Origin: the human T2T-CHM13v2.0 reference genome, Homo sapiens | Reading direction: 5' to 3' (one strand) | NCBI RefSeq assembly: GCF_009914755.1 | Contig: NC_060926.1 | Length of the DNA stretch: 64,000 bases | Part shown: positions 1 to 13,145 of the stretch, in pieces | How the letters are laid out: every line of letters starts with the position of its first letter | How positions within the stretch are numbered: the first letter of the stretch is position 1 | The notes under the pieces: model-generated | What the model was told of the DNA's origin: nothing | Database searches by the model: none | The model's input: the letters and a program-made list of their open reading frames with translations, nothing else | Program-made: the position numbers and the translations under genes

Positions 1-2932
1 CATTGAGATTCTAGGTGACCAGTGCCCTTCTACTGCACCTTCAACCTGGACTTGACTCTGGGACACCCCATAAAAAGATCTATGCCTAGGCCTTTTTCCA
101 TCCTCTCACACCCATCAAAACTTACCAATTTTGTGTCCTATCACTGCAGGGGCCTGCCCTTGACATCCCAAACTGACAGTTCCCAACTAGTCCATCCTAG
201 TGTTCATCAGCACATTGGTGTGACACCCAACGAAGCACACATGTATTTTATCAAGGGCCCTTTAGAGGCCATGCCTACCTTCAGACTGGTGTGACTTTCA
301 GCCACATGGTAGAGCCTTTGCGCCCCTTTAACTGTACCATATCAGGGGGCCCGAGCCTGCTTCCACAAAGCAGATCCTATACAATGCTGCAGTGAGTCTC
401 ATCCAAGGACCCCAACACCATATCCTCCCCGTCACATCAGCCAACACAGTGGGCTCTCGCTCCTCTGCCACACCAGTGTCATTTCTGTCTGCATCCTAAA
501 AATCACTTTCAAAAAGTGCGTCACTCTTCTACAGCCTGGGACTTAATTACCCTTCACCTGTGATGGGCGCCAGCTTGCCTTGATGAAGAGAAGACAAGGG
601 AGCCCCGCTTGCTCCTTTGAACAGAAAGCAAATTCCCCGGGCAGAGGGAAAAAACTCAGCCCCACAGGCACCCATGGTACGGTGTTCAGCCCTTTCCCAA
701 GCGGGCAGGGGTAATTCCCAAGCCACACCAGCAGGTTTTCATTTGGCCCAATTTTGCCTCATTTCCTCTAAAATTGTTACTGCAATGATTTAATGTTCAG
801 GGCTGGGAACAACATATCTTCCCCCTTCTCTCTCTCTCTCCACGAACCACCATCCCTTGAGGATGAAACTGAGACCTCAGCATGGCAGGTCAGAACCATT
901 TAATAAACGTAAAGCCAACATTTTTTCTACATAAATAATGTAATTTTTGTGTGGAAGGGACCGTGGACTTTTTTTTCACGATGAATAGGCCCATTATAAG
1001 CTGCATCTGACCAACAATCTTTTTCGAATTGTTCTTTCCTGAGCTTTCAACTTAGCAAATATTTCCTGATACTAAATCACCATAAGCCACATTTTATGTC
1101 ACTGTGAATTTGCTCAAAATAAGTTCTATCCACTTCCTTAGATTCTACTCAGAAAGGTCCCTCAGCAAAGATTTGGCTGTTGAAGAGCTTTTTTTTTCTT
1201 TTTTCTTTCCTCTTTTTTAAATCTAGGGGGATGTTGAGGGAAATGACTTAGGGAGGTATGGTAGGATTTAGAAAGAAAAAGAAAAATTAGAATCCCTGGG
1301 AGTTTTCACCATGAAAGCAAAGCTTATTTAGAATATGCCTATTTTCTTAAAACCAACAGGAAAGAAAGAATTGCGCTTGCAGAGTGTGCTGTTCTCCAGC
1401 GAGAGGTCCAGTGGGACAATTCGCAGGGGGACTAGGTCAGCTCAGCCTGTCTCTGCTGCTAAAAAAAATACTCCGGAGAAAGCTACAACTTCTCTAGGGG
1501 GTAATATCTGTAGGTAACCACGGATGGAAACTGAGTATTAATTATCCCTTCCTGTGTTTTATATTTTCTGATTTAACAGACATTGGAAAGCCAGACATTG
1601 ATAAAAATGACAGGAAATATTCTTAGTCAATTAAATCACCATGATGTCAGGCCTAACATCTGCTCTATGAACCCTGCAGAAATGTGTAACATTAATATTT
1701 AATAAAAAATAGCCCGGGTATGGACTCAACAGCCATTTCACCCTGTGCTCCCAGGATGTTCACTTCAGATCTTATAACCTTATGAAATGTAAATACATAG
1801 GTTTCTCCCCCAAGTCACTCTCCTCCTTAGCATTGGAGGAAGCTTTGCTTTCATTCTCACAGGACCACACACCTTCCAGTCATCCCATGATTCCCTCCAG
1901 TTTCTGCTCAGTGAAGGCAGCTGTCATGGGACTGACCGTAGGCCACACTAATCTAAATGGAGAGACATCATGCACCGGGACAGTGAGCCCCATATTCCAG
2001 AGCTTGGCACCACCAGCTGCTCCTTCTTCTTGTGGCTTCTAGTGCTCAGTTGTCTCTCCCTAGGAAAGGTTGGGCTTAGCAGAGTGTCTCATAAGCTGCC
2101 ATTTCCTTCTATATCCAAGCCAATGAGGTGGTCCCCAAATGTTCCCAGTGTGTCTGGGTACTTACCACCATTGTGCCTCTGCTTTTGTTGGAAAGCCCCA
2201 TTGCCATTTTCCTTCATTACCTATTGTCCCTCAAGTGAAAGCCCTGAGAAAAACCCCCAGGGAGGATGCATACCCCTTCTCCTTCAACATGCTATCACCT
2301 TTCCCCTCCTTTCTTACTTGGAATTCATGTCACTGGGTAACCTTAGGGACAGTCCCACGCTACTCATGGCAGCCCCAGGATTTCCTGATGAAATGCTCCA
2401 CTTCCCAGAGTGAGTGCAATACCTTTCCCTTTTCCCAACAGGCCTCTGGAGAAGCCACTTTTCCAAAAAGCAGTTTTATCCCTCACTTTCCAGCCAACCA
2501 TATTTCCACCTAAGCCATAGATTCAACTCAAGTTTGGGAGGGTGGGGTGGGAATCACCAAGGCCACCCATTCTCTTGGGACAACAGCAAAGCTTCTGTAT
2601 ACAAAGCCTACCTGAACAGAGAGAAGGAGGGGTGATGTCCACACCTGGTTGGAGGCTAGTAAAGCTGAGGAGATAGGAATGACACTACCCTGGATTCAGA
2701 TTTTGTCGGAGAAGTTGGGTAGTGATGTAAGTCTCACCCTCTTCCCTCCAGGGTCCAACAAATTGAGCCAATCTACCCAAGGATCATGAGTGAAAGGAGT
2801 GTCAAGGCATTTGATTTATTAATATCTAAGCAAATACTCAATCATCCCCAAAGACCATGGCTCTCTGATGAAGCTGGATGGGAGAGCACAGGTTGAACCA
2901 GGGAGCAAAGTGGCAGCTTCCTTCTCCACCTG

Positions 2933-3030
2933 CCAATCTAGCCCTTAGAACTTGTCTGTAAGGAGAACCAAGTCAGAGACTCCAATCTAGCCCCCAGAAC
3001 TTGTCTGTAAGGAGAATCAAGTCAGAGAGT
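2933..3030. repeat. Tandem duplication, 2 x 49 bp
   Basis: ccaatctagccc..agaacttgtctgtaaggagaa.caagtcagaga.t occurs at 2933 and 2982 with about 4 differences. Confidence 0.9.
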
Positions 3031-4489
3031 CCATCCTAACAAATGGCCCAATAGTAGGTGGAGATGCATACTTAATTCATAAAATGGGAATTATCTACAT
3101 TTAAGAAGATTTTGCTCTCTCCTATATACCTCAATGAAATGAAAACAAATCCATCCCAAATTCTCCTAGAAAATCAAGGGAGAGAGTGAACTTATTTGAT
3201 CTGATGACTACATGGAGACAGGAAGTACATGTCCCCAGCTGGGCAGGCAGAAAGAGGCACTCTGCCATGCTGAGCTGCTACCTTGGATATGGTTCTGTGG
3301 ATGTCAGCCTCCCAACAACCCAGATAAATAACTAAACACTTGCAAAGGAGCAAGTGAGTGAAAAATATCCAAGTGTTCATTCCCATTTTCCCAATGCTAG
3401 GGAATGGAGAAGTACCTTTCTCTATGGGAAATATGAGGAGGAAGATAAGAGCTCCTACTACCATGTGACTACAAAAAGTCAGGACTCAAAGTTCCTAGAG
3501 TTATATGAGGCTTTTTATAAGGGGAAAGGCTATATCTAAACCTTTGTGTGACATTAGACTGGGGAACAATCTCAAGAGAGAAGGAAGTGATTTCTGTAGA
3601 GTCTAAAAAAGTTCTGGAGCTATAATCCACCTTACCCAGGAAAGAAAGATGAAGAGGAAGCCACATCCTGAAATGGATCCCCAAGCTTCCTTTCAATACT
3701 AGGAAGAAAGCACCAGGCAAAGGAGAGGATCGTTGGAACCCTTTCTCTTCATTAATAAAGCGGTGACCATATCTGAGAAATATGGTGAAAACCTACATCC
3801 AACCTCATTTAAGGGGGTTCAGATGATAGAGATAGCTCCCAACCAAATGGAATAAACTCCATCCTTTTACACTGAAATCAGATAATGAGCTCTGGGATAA
3901 GTGGTTAATATGCATTCTTTTGAGTTTGTATAGTACATTAGATTAAAACTGACTTTATCATCTGTACAGATTCATGAAAATTAGTCAAACCAATGTCAAG
4001 TACAGAAAGGTGGTTGCTCTAGTTACTTGGACCTTTACAAATACATTTTCAAAATCCCCATTTAGAAGTGGCTTCTTTCTGCAGAGATAGCATGGGACTG
4101 TGTTAAAAACATTTCAGGTATCACTGGACATAAAGACCTTTTGAAAGTCCTAAATTCTTTACAGCCTCGGCCAACTCCCTTGGGATATTCTGATATTGAC
4201 ATTCCATCCACTCTTTTGTCTTTAACCCATAAAATGGGGAGTATCTATATTTAATAGGATTTGTTCTCTTTCTCTTATATTTCAACACAGTAGCAGGAAA
4301 TCCATCCCAGATTCTCCTAGAAAGTCAAGCAGGTACATAGTTGCCAAGAGAAGCAAGGGCTTAGCATCTTAATGTAGATCTGTCACCATTTTTGCGGTGG
4401 ACAAAGGATCCTAAATCTTTAGCTTCAAGTTCCTCTGCCACAGCCTTTTTCAACTAAGAAGTTAGAAAATGCTTAGACACTCAAAACAG

Positions 4490-4730
4490 CTGACATTATT
4501 GAGCACTCATTGTGTTTGAGTCATTTTGTTACATTCTTTCATCAGTCATCTCATTTAATTACCACAACTGTCTCATGAAGAAGGTAAAAATATTCCCATT
4601 TTGCAGATGAAAAAATAGAGGCAAGTAGAGGATAAAATGCCTGCCTAAGATCACATGGCAAGCAAGAGTAAAGGCAGGAATAGAATTCAGACCCTCTCAA
4701 GACCCATACTCAATCTAAAGCAGTACACAA
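4490..4730 (-). mobile_element. MIR SINE
   Basis: Reverse MIR core: cccattttgcagatgaaaaaatagaggc...cctaagatcacatggc. Confidence 0.8.
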
Positions 4731-6494
4731 CCCCGTCTCCGTAAACACCTGCAGGTGAGGCATGCTGCTATGCCCAAGATAATCCTCAGCTCAGTGTAAG
4801 GAGGCTTTCAAGTCTCAACACATCAAGCTTGATTTGCTCAACAGCTACACCCAGGTGCTCAGCAGGAACTAAAAAAAACTTGAAAGGGACTGGGGGAATT
4901 TACCCGTTTTCCAAAGAAAGGAAAACAAAGGAAAAATGTTAGCAAAGACTCAGCTCTCTACTCAGCTCTCTTTCTCTGTTCCTTGAAGGGAAACCATAAA
5001 AATGCTTGTGCATAAAAGGGTTTTACCTTACAAATGAGGATTGGACTGAACAGGAAGGACACTGTTTTCTCCTACAGCCATGTCAATTAAATATGCATTT
5101 CTCAGCATTCCTTGCTAGTGGCAAGAAAAAGCTAGTTTTCCATGTGGTCCACCGTCTACCACCAGACAACTCCTTGGTGTTGTTGATGGTGAGAACTCCT
5201 TGGATCTGTTTCACATTTCGTTTTTGCAGCCTTCCTATTCATTGCACAGCAGAAACTTTCAACCCATTTTACAGATGAGAGAATGAAAAGTCAAGATGTT
5301 GATTGGCTGAAGGTCACCTCTCAGAGAAGAGTGTGACAAGGTATAAAAAATTTCTGAAGAATAAAAGCTAAAGAGTTTTATCTTTCCTACCTTTTCCCAT
5401 CCTCCCTGTCTTGGTATGAGGGATAACTTTAAGCAAATGTTAGAACAGACAGTTTGTTATTGATCAAAGGTGTATCTCTGACATCTTTCCTTCCCTGTAT
5501 GCCATTGCTTACTGGTGTCCCTCTCCTCTGGGGTCCCTGACCCTCAAGCTGCCCTAAGCTTCCCATATAGGAATCTGCCCAAGTCTGTTCAACTCTCACT
5601 GTGCTCCATGATCCAAACCCCTTTGGATATCTTGCCATCACTCCAAATAATAAGCCCTTTGGAGACAAGGGAGCCAAGCTAGGTGTTCAGAGTAAAGTAA
5701 CGAAAAAGAATTAGTTCATGGTAAAATGTTAATGCTTCCAACATTCTCAAAAGCCTTGTGGCATTGTTTAGAAGATAAAATTGAATAGCCCTCACGAATC
5801 TCTGTTTGTTCAACTAAATGAAATTCCTTGAAGTAAAATAAAGAAATTCAGGTCATAAGCTTGTATTCTTAGGGAGAGTAGCTACCAGTATGCAGAGTAA
5901 CCTTTCTGGGAGTCTAAACAAGGAACTGATGGTAGAATATATGAGCTTCTCATGATTTCTTCCTTTCTCTTACCCATTTGCAGATTTAGGTTTATTAAAA
6001 TCTCTAAATTGAAACTCCCATAAAAGTAGAATCATAGCACTAGTGGGGGATAGAACCACAAAGCTTCCTTGTTTATACTGACTCTAAAATCAGAGTTTGT
6101 AAACCAAAGACTACTCTTTAGAACTCCCTGGGATGAAGGTAGCTATGACAAAATAGGAAAATATCAAGTGTTGATTACCGCAGTGATAGCTAAGTACTCC
6201 CCAAAAAATGGAGAGAGAAAAAAATACTGTATATACACTTCTGTTCTTCAATAACAAGAAAATAGACTCCTGAAACATTTTCTAACCAATACCTTCAAAT
6301 GTTAAATAATTCATTTTTCTTAACAACCATCTATATTTTTCAATCTTATCCTTCCATGTAATTTCCAGTTCACCAGTCCACTATTGGGTAAAGCAGCTGG
6401 CCAGGAGATTATACCACTGAGACATAAGTAGGATCATCTTTAAGGGCAACACTGTGCATGCAGATGGATCATGATACTGAATAATATGTATTAG

Positions 6495-6612
6495 TATGTC
6501 TACATTATAGCAAATAAAGAGGGACTCAGTCAGGAGAAGTAACTTGCCCAAGGTTACATGGCTCACTTAAGATTTGAATTCAGGTTTGTCTGACTCCGAA
6601 AGCCCAAACTTT
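6495..6612 (-). mobile_element. MIR fragment
   Basis: gaagtaacttgcccaaggttacatggc...gatttgaattcaggtttgtctgactcc. Confidence 0.75.
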
Positions 6613-7199
6613 TTGAACTCCAAAAGCCCAAACTCAACTTATGTCAATGAGAAGTCCATAAACTCTTACTTCTGTGACCATGTTCTCAAGGGTCCAAAAG
6701 AGTTATTTATGAGAATTTTGACATTTTGTTCTGTTTTACCAGGAAGGTGATGGGTTGTTGGGCATGCCCAATTTGGAAAAGCCTTATTCTGGAATCCATT
6801 GCAAGCAGATTCACTAGGTGGATCTTGACTTCCTGTGAATCACTGAGAAACGCTGATCAGTACTAGGTATGGTAACAAATGAACAAGAAACACTTTCTCT
6901 CCCCTAATTCAAGAAATAGTTGGATTAGAGACACACTTCATGCAGGTTTAACTAATAATTCAGTGCTAACTTTTCTCTCCAATGAATGAGATAGCTGACA
7001 GCGTGATTAGGAGACACCTCATTGAAATGCACACTTGAGAACTGCTCTAAGGCAGGGTTTGGGCTAAAAGAAAGATCCTATTATCTTGAACTAACAAACA
7101 AGGGCCTGAAGTTTTCTAAGCCATTTTCTATCTACAGCATCCTTATGCAACCAGGCTTTTTCTGCTTACAGTCACTGAAGTCAAAATAGAGAAATAAAC

Positions 7200-7482
7200 T
7201 GAACATAGAATTGAATTTGACATTGTATTTTTCAACTACTAAACAAAATGCACATGATTTTATTTCAACAAAATATTATCAATCACAAATTGCATTACTT
7301 TTGTTTTTCTATGATTTTTTAAAAATCATATAGAAATCATAGTTACATAAAACCTATAAACATACAGTTTTTACCAAGTTTCACATATATACTTACCTTA
7401 AAAATATACTAAATTAAGTGTCCCAAGAGACATTTTATTTCTCTTGAAAGGGTTTCATACATTCTCAAGTTTGAGAAACACA
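7200..7482. mobile_element. hAT-Charlie-like DNA transposon fragment
   Basis: Ends in Charlie-type terminus ctcaagtttgagaaacac; AT-rich body. Confidence 0.45.
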
Positions 7483-7544
7483 GGTGTTAGTTATATTCTC
7501 TTTTAGACATGTTCATAAGAATAAACCCACCATAAAGGAAGTAT

Positions 7545-8332
7545 TTATTAGTCAGCATAAGCTAGGTTCTGCTATAATAACAAATAGCTCCTAAAATCTC
7601 CATTGTTTAACACACTGCTGATTTATTTCTTGCTCATATCACAATTTGAGGCAAGTGAGGCAGCTCTCCTTGCTACTTCTCTTCCAACAGTGACCCAGAG
7701 AACCAAGCTATTTTCATTATATTTCATTGTGAAGCTCTACCATCTCAGGGTTCTTCTCAGCTGATGTTTCTCAACCCTCCACCCAAATTGGGAAAGAACA
7801 TGGAGAATTAACACCAGCTCATAACTGTCTCAGACAAGAAGTGGCATCTATCACTTCTGCTGATATCCCACTGGCTAGGACTGTTTATCTGGCCTCACAT
7901 TAAAGCTAGGGGGGCTGAGATGTATAGGAGAACACAAGGTGATATGGTTTGGCTGTGTCCCCACCCAAATCTCACCTTGAGTTGTAATAATCCCCACATG
8001 TCAAGAGCGGGGTTAGATGGAGATAATTGAATCATGGGAGTGGTTTCCCCCATACTATTCTCGTAGTAGTGAATAATTCTCACAAGATCTGATGGTTTTA
8101 TAAATGGGAGTTCCCCTGCACTAGCTGTCTTGGCTGCTGGCATGTAAGACATGACGTTGCTCCTCATTCACCTTCTGCCATGATTGTGAGGCTTCCCCAG
8201 CCATGTGGAACTGTGAGTCAATTAAACCTCTTTCCTTTATAAATTACCCAGTCTTGGGTATGTCTTTCTTAGCAGCGTCAGAACAGACTAATATACAAGG
8301 AATATGTGGGAAGCATTAACTGTCTCCAATCA
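7545..8332 (-). mobile_element. Old MLT1-type (MaLR) LTR interrupted by a THE1 LTR
   Basis: Starts tattagtcagcataagctaggttctgctataataacaaatag; contains gaagtggcatctatcacttctgc; resumes after 8300. Confidence 0.7.
7940..8295 (+). mobile_element. THE1 (THE1C-like) MaLR solo LTR with 5-bp TSD CAAGG
   Basis: tgatatggtttggctgtgtccccacccaaatctc ... agaacagactaatata; CAAGG at 7935-7939 and 8296-8300. Confidence 0.95.
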
Positions 8333-9324
8333 GCAATCAGAGATAAAGAGAAAATCAGAATGAAATTGCCACATGAGCTTCTTATTAAATGATATTCCAT
8401 TTACAAAGTTTGATTTATTCACCTTTCCAGAACATATCTTATGTTTAAAAAGTACACATTAATTCACTAAACATTGATTGAGTGCCTTTTATGTCCCTGG
8501 TCCTGAGGATGGAGAGATTAATCAAATAGAAGTAAACTGAAAGAACGCTCCTGTTATCTCATAACCAACATGTAGAGATTCGTGAAGAAAAAATGATGTT
8601 ATCTCTAATCTTCAAGTGCATTGCTCTCTCTCAGATTGCCTCAAGCTCCTGTTCCTTGGGAGGGACTTCTCTGAGAAAAAAAGATCTAAGATCTGGATAA
8701 GCTTTACATGTAGTAAAGTCTAACCCCATGAGTGATTGATTTAAAACTTGTATATGTGGCCTGATTAATCAATATTCAACAGAACTGCAGAAGAAACAAG
8801 TTGTTAGTAAAGGACTGCTCCGATAAGGAGTCTTGGGGTCTAGTCCACTATACCTACCACACATCAAACCAGCTGTGATCTCAATGCCACTGGGCAGCAA
8901 TCACCTTTGTGAAACAGAGATAAGGCTGCTTTGCCTTATCCTTGCCTGAAGGTGGATAGTGGGCTGTGGTATTTGCAGGGAGATGCCACTTGGAATCCAT
9001 CCAAGTGAGTTACCAAAAGAGGATGATACATTTTGAGCTAAGACTAATTATGCTTTAGCTGACTACTAGCATGCTGCTTCTTCCTCTCCTCAGAGTAAGA
9101 CAACCCTGACTTTCTTACATGGTCAGATTGGAGGAAAAATTATAAAGTAGAAAGGCTCACCCACTCTCTCTAGCATCCCTTTTCAGTGTCTTTCTTTCTA
9201 GTGAGCCCTCCTGTCTCCCTCCTCAAGTTACACAGCATTGCCATTTTACTCCCTAAGTTTCGTTTTAGCAAATTTTACTTTTAGAAGGGCACTGATAAAT
9301 CCAAGTTCTTACTAGACAGTGAAT

Positions 9325-9560
9325 GACAGATATAAACAAATATTCACTAAGCACCTACTATGTATCAGGTAGCATAGTGGCTTATAAAGAAGTTACAGTT
9401 CCTACGCTTAGTAAGTTCACAGTGTTCTCGGTGAGTAAAAATGCTACATTTTTAGAAATAAAACAAAACAAAAATGTAAGAGAGAGCATGTAGGAGACTA
9501 TATAACCTAATCATGGGGCTCAAGCTTCTCTTTAGGGATGATGGATGAGTATGAGTAGAG
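9325..9560 (-). mobile_element. L2 LINE 3' fragment
   Basis: aacaaatattcactaagcacctactatgtatcagg is the reversed L2 3' end. Confidence 0.65.
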
Positions 9561-9706
9561 TAAGAATCTATTCTTGGGAAAATATCTATAGTCCAACAGA
9601 ATCAAATTCATAGAATAAATTTCTAAATATGAAACTTCAGGAATCTGAATATCAGGATAAAGAGATATCTGAAGAGACTGTGATAGTCTTCCTGGAAAAT
9701 CTTAAA

Positions 9707-9865
9707 TCAGTTTTTCTTAAAGAAGGGCCTATGAACCACCTTCATCAGAATCATATAGAAATTTGCTGTAATGCAAAGTCCAGTCCTACAGTTACTAAAT
9801 CCAAATCTCAGGGAAGTAGAACTGTCCATGCAATACCTATATCAACTAAAATTTGAGAACCAATG
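9707..9865. mobile_element. MER5A-like hAT MITE
   Basis: cagtttttcttaaag...catcagaatca...aaaatttgagaaccaatg termini. Confidence 0.65.
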
Positions 9866-12154
9866 CTTAAAACCATGTCACTGGAGCTGTAATCCACTCT
9901 TTAGATAGACCAATGATGATCAAACCTACCTGTTCATTGGAATGACTTAGGTATATTTTTTAATACTGACACCTGAGTTTCACCCTTATAGATATTCATT
10001 TTATTCACCTAGTACTGGGCATAGTTGCTTCACATTTGAATCACCTGGGTGGGTAGCTTCGTGTTCTCAATCCACTAAGAAGGAACCTGGTCTCAGAATC
10101 AACTCTTGTCTCTAGCAGTAATTTCATTATTTGCACAAACCAATTAACAGTGTTACAGCATCCACCTTTAACACCTAACCATGTGAATCCAACTCTGAGA
10201 CAGTGAAAACAGTTAAAATTCACTCAAAGGAAAAATACTTAGTACATTCACAAGTTGAGTTTTTGTTTAGCTTTATCTGTACAAGTTTGTTAATTTCAAC
10301 AGGGACTGTAGCTGACATTTAGTTTTTACATAATACATAGGATGTGTGCTAAAGCATTTCCAATAAACACATGAATTTATTTCTGTACCTTCCTCAAATC
10401 AAGCTAAAAATATAAAAGGAATACATTTGCAAGAAAAAAGTGAAAGGGAAAAGACAACAATGGGTAAGAGATGTCAACACATTTTTGGAAATTTTGAGAG
10501 GATAGAGGAATTGACTGAGAAATCAGACTGAGAAATCATGGAGAAGGATACAAGAGGAGTGTCATGGAATAACTCAGAGGCATTAAGTTATGTGATACAC
10601 TTTACATTTGGGAGCTAGGCTATATCAAAAATAAAAGCAAAACAGAAATTATAAGAGAAAAGAAAGAGAGGAGGAGAAAAAATACTACATAGGGCCTAGA
10701 AATGGTGGATCTTGTTTGCACATTTGAGGGAGATAAACTGATAGCTGGCAGTTGGTAAAGAGGCAAAGCTGGACCAGCCCCACTAAATTATGCTGTAGGG
10801 CAGCTAAGGTATCTAAGAAAACAATTATAGTTGGTTATGGGCTCTCCAGAAAATCTTGAGTATTACCTGTGGAGTAAATGTGACTGGCTCTCTGATGGGT
10901 GCCCCTCACATAGCCCCACCACCACAGTTAAGACAGTTCTGCCCCATTTTCCTCATTAGGATTTCTCGGAAGTAAGTCAGTTTCCTCTGCAGAGCTGAGA
11001 AAGGAAAGAAAGAGTCTCTATGTTGCACACACACAAAAAAAAACAAAAAACACCGTTAAATAGAAGTTAGACTCCCAGATTTTCCCCATTATCCTCTGCA
11101 TTGAGACAACTATCTCTCCCCAACCTCTGAAGAAATTTCCTCAGAGAGAACCCAGACTCAGAGACATAATAATAAATAAAAGTCCCTTTCACCACTTTTC
11201 TGTAAGAATGCTGGCCATCAGTTCCACACCACCATAACCTCCAGCAAAAGATCGATGGACTCCTCTCTAGAGAAACTTACCCATGTGTAAGACCAATATT
11301 TACTGGCAGTTGGCATTTCCCCAACAAAATGGTCAGATCTTTCTGATCATTCTACAGCAAAACCCATCAGTTGACCAAAAACAAACAAAAACTATAAACA
11401 CACCAAGCATCCAATCAACTTGGTACTGACTCATTCCCGAGTGCGATTGGACACCAGAAACACCCAACCATTAAGGAAAGCCTCTAAAGCGAAAAACACA
11501 GTTAATACAAATAAACATAATAACAGGAACTCAAGCAGACAATATGAGGAGCAGAACAAAACTGTAATTGATATCCCCAGAGAAGCAAGATATATTCCAT
11601 CCCACGTATAAGATAGGTACAATCAAACAATAAATGCAAGCTCCTGAAAGTGAAAAATAATAGTAGGAAATTTAAAAATTCAGTAGAAGGGGGGGAAGTT
11701 ACATTTAAAGAAATCTTGTAGAAAGCAGAACAAAGATGAAAAGTGGAAAAGGAAAGCCAAAAAAATTAGAGGATTGGATTTGGATGCACAATAGTAAAAT
11801 AATGAAGCAACAGAAAGAGAGAACAGGGAAAATGGAAGAAAGAAACTATCAAATAAGTAATAAAGAGAAAATTGCCAGACAAAAAGATCCAATTTTCATA
11901 CAGAAAGAGACTGCTGCATGTTTGACAAAATCAATGAAAATGAACTCATTAAATCACATCGTCAGGAACTATCAGAATATTGAAGACAATATTAAAATAC
12001 TTTATAGAAGGGGGAAAGAGCGTGTAAAAGAATTAAAACTGAGAATGGCATTAGACTTCTCAACAACAACACGAGAAGTAAAGACAATAAAGAAATGCCT
12101 TCAAAATTCTGAAGGAAATTTACATCAAAGCAATAGCAAGACATCAAAGCTCTA

Positions 12155-12590
12155 GCAAAGGAAAGGCCTTCCCTTCTTGATTCCAAGGTGCCTCATTCTA
12201 TGACAGAGTTGAGGGGAGCATACAGAAGACCCACTGGCACTTACCCTTCAGCAAGTTTTCTCAGCATCCCAGTGGATAGCATCCTAGGCACCAACTACAA
12301 CCCAAGGCATCCAGTAAACTTCTCTGCCATCAGCAGGCCAGGCCACAGCCACGTCTCCCATGAGATCTCAATCTCGGCCTTGGAGAGGGGAGTACCCTTC
12401 CAAATGCATTCCTTCCTTGGGTGCTCACCCTCAGCCCTAGAGGTAGCAGCTCCTCTCTGTACTCTTTAGCTCTGTTATCCCTTTTTCAGTTAGGCATCTT
12501 TTACTTGGTAATATTTCTTTATGTTAAATTTTTCCTGTTTGAAATACTGATGTGGTTCCTGTCTCCTGGCTAGACCCAGAATGATATATA
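12155..12590 (+). mobile_element. ERVL LTR (LTR41-like) inserted in HAL1
   Basis: ccctcagccctagaggtagcagc and ERVL-type end tgtggttcctgtctcctggctagacccagaatgatata. Confidence 0.6.
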
Positions 12591-12857
12591 GTCTCAACTA
12601 GTTAGCTCCCATGCATCCTTTCTCAGGAAACTTACAGAGGATGTATTCATGGAAAACATGTAGAAAACCACAAAGGAAAACGGTAGCAGATTCAGGAAGC
12701 AGAGGCTCCAACACAAAAGAAAACTTAAAGAGGTCTCAGGACAAGGCCAGGGGGGCCACCAGCCCAGAAGGAGCAGGGGCACAGAGCCCTCCAGGTTGTA
12801 TGTCTACAGGGAGGGAAAAATGGAACTGATACATCACCTACTGTGTTTGAAATAAGT

Positions 12858-13145
12858 GGCTGGGCACGGTGGCTCATGCCTGTAATCCCAGCACTTTGGG
12901 AGGCCGAGGTGGGTGGATCACGAGGTCAGGAGTTCAAGATCAGCCTGGCCAAGATGGTGAAACCCCGTCTCTACTAAAAATACAAAAATTAGCCAGGCAC
13001 GGTGGTGGGCACCTGTAGTCCCAGCTACCAGGGAGGCTGAGGCAGAGAATTGCTTAAACCCGGGAGGCGGAGGTTGCAGTGAGCCGAGATCACGCCACCG
13101 CACTCCAGCCTAGGCGACAGAGCAAGACTCCATCTAAAAAAAAAA
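12858..13145 (+). mobile_element. AluS (Sg-like)
   Basis: Full dimeric Alu with gatcacgaggtcaggagttc and A tail. Confidence 0.97.

Noticed and set aside
1970-2635. Overlapping 73-147 aa ORFs
   Set aside because: No recognisable domain, splice context or coding-like composition
3354-3539. Protein-looking 61-aa ORF (possible pseudogene relic)
   Set aside because: No family recognised; cannot be supported without a homology search
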